Source: a virus. Taken from it: 64,000 bases of DNA. Positions 63,530-64,000 of this stretch are shown piece by piece. Positions within the stretch are counted from its first letter, which is position 1. Each line of letters starts with the position of its first letter. A program made the position numbers and the translations under genes. The DNA is taken from the IMG/VR virus record IMGVR_UViG_3300047457_000500, positions 59,488 to 123,487 of that record. One strand, 5' to 3'. Under the pieces are notes generated by a model, which worked only from the letters and a program-made list of their open reading frames with translations, searched no databases and had not been told where the DNA came from.

Positions 63530-64000
63530 TTATAACCTCCTTAGTGACATAACTGAACTAACAATATTTCCTACCAAAATAACAGGAATGACTACCTCTT
63601 GAACCTTTTCTCTCTGATCATCTGTCATATCTTTACCCCATTCTGTTGGGCTTAATAATTTTTCAAAGTCTATATTTGTCAATACCCCAAGTGGGTCTGC
63701 TAAAAATGCTTCTGTTTGTACTTCAGTAATAGCATCCGCTAATGTATATGGCATTGGGGCATCTGCGTTTTCTTCTGCTCTACCCGCAAACTCTACAAAT
63801 GCCACTGCTATTGCTGGATTGTCTTTAATTGCTTCTGCAATTATTGCTATTTCTTCTGCCTTAATTCCAAGACTTTCTGCTACTGCTTCTTCCTCTGTTG
63901 TGGATAATTCAGTTAGCATGTTTGATAATTCGGCAGCCAACTTAGCATCGTTTTGTCCAATTAGTTTATTTAACTTATTAAGTTCATCTGCTGAAATTGG
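63530..64000 (-). CDS. C-terminal part of a large acidic, membrane-anchored protein (partial)
   Basis: The frame stays open to the right edge; C-terminal hydrophobic segment. Confidence 0.6.
   Translation of the reverse strand, partial: PISADELNKLNKLIGQNDAKLAAELSNMLTELSTTEEEAVAESLGIKAEEIAIIAEAIKDNPAIAVAFVEFAGRAEENADAPMPYTLADAITEVQTEAFLADPLGVLTNIDFEKLLSPTEWGKDMTDDQREKVQEVVIPVILVGNIVSSVMSLRRL

Noticed and set aside
1-64000. Alternative genetic code or stop-codon reassignment
   Set aside because: Recognisable enzymes are full length in the standard code, all three stops are used, and no suppressor tRNA is present.

Overview
A 64 kb segment of a large, AT-rich tailed bacteriophage. The host is most likely a freshwater actinobacterium: the window carries whiB, AGAAAGGA Shine-Dalgarno sites, many leaderless promoters, PafBC-like promoter motifs and an actinobacterial-type secreted protease. 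Layout: (1) 1-9 kb, minus-strand tail/virion genes, including collagen-like proteins and a PASTA protein with an unusual Phe/Pro repeat; (2) 9-14 kb, accessory enzymes; (3) 14-24.6 kb, a divergently transcribed early-type region of small genes separated by motif-dense intergenic cassettes; (4) 24.6-25.2 kb, an iteron-like repeat tract; (5) 29.5-30.4 kb, eight tRNAs, a half tRNA and an unexplained structured spacer; (6) 25-60 kb, a large modification island with about ten 2OG-Fe(II) oxygenases across the window, three RsmI-like methyltransferases, sulfotransferases, GT61 and GT60-like glycosyltransferases, a carbamoyltransferase, a halogenase and a RuBisCO-like protein in a nucleotide-sugar operon; (7) 61-64 kb, a lysis cassette. 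The most striking unexplained signals are non-coding: a four-copy 3' pseudoknot with complete covariation in one stem; hairpins whose loops mimic the 16S anti-SD tail or match the leader of their own operon; and early promoters built from PafBC-like, CRP-like, GACAC and DnaA boxes. All functional calls come from reading motifs by eye; no database search was run.
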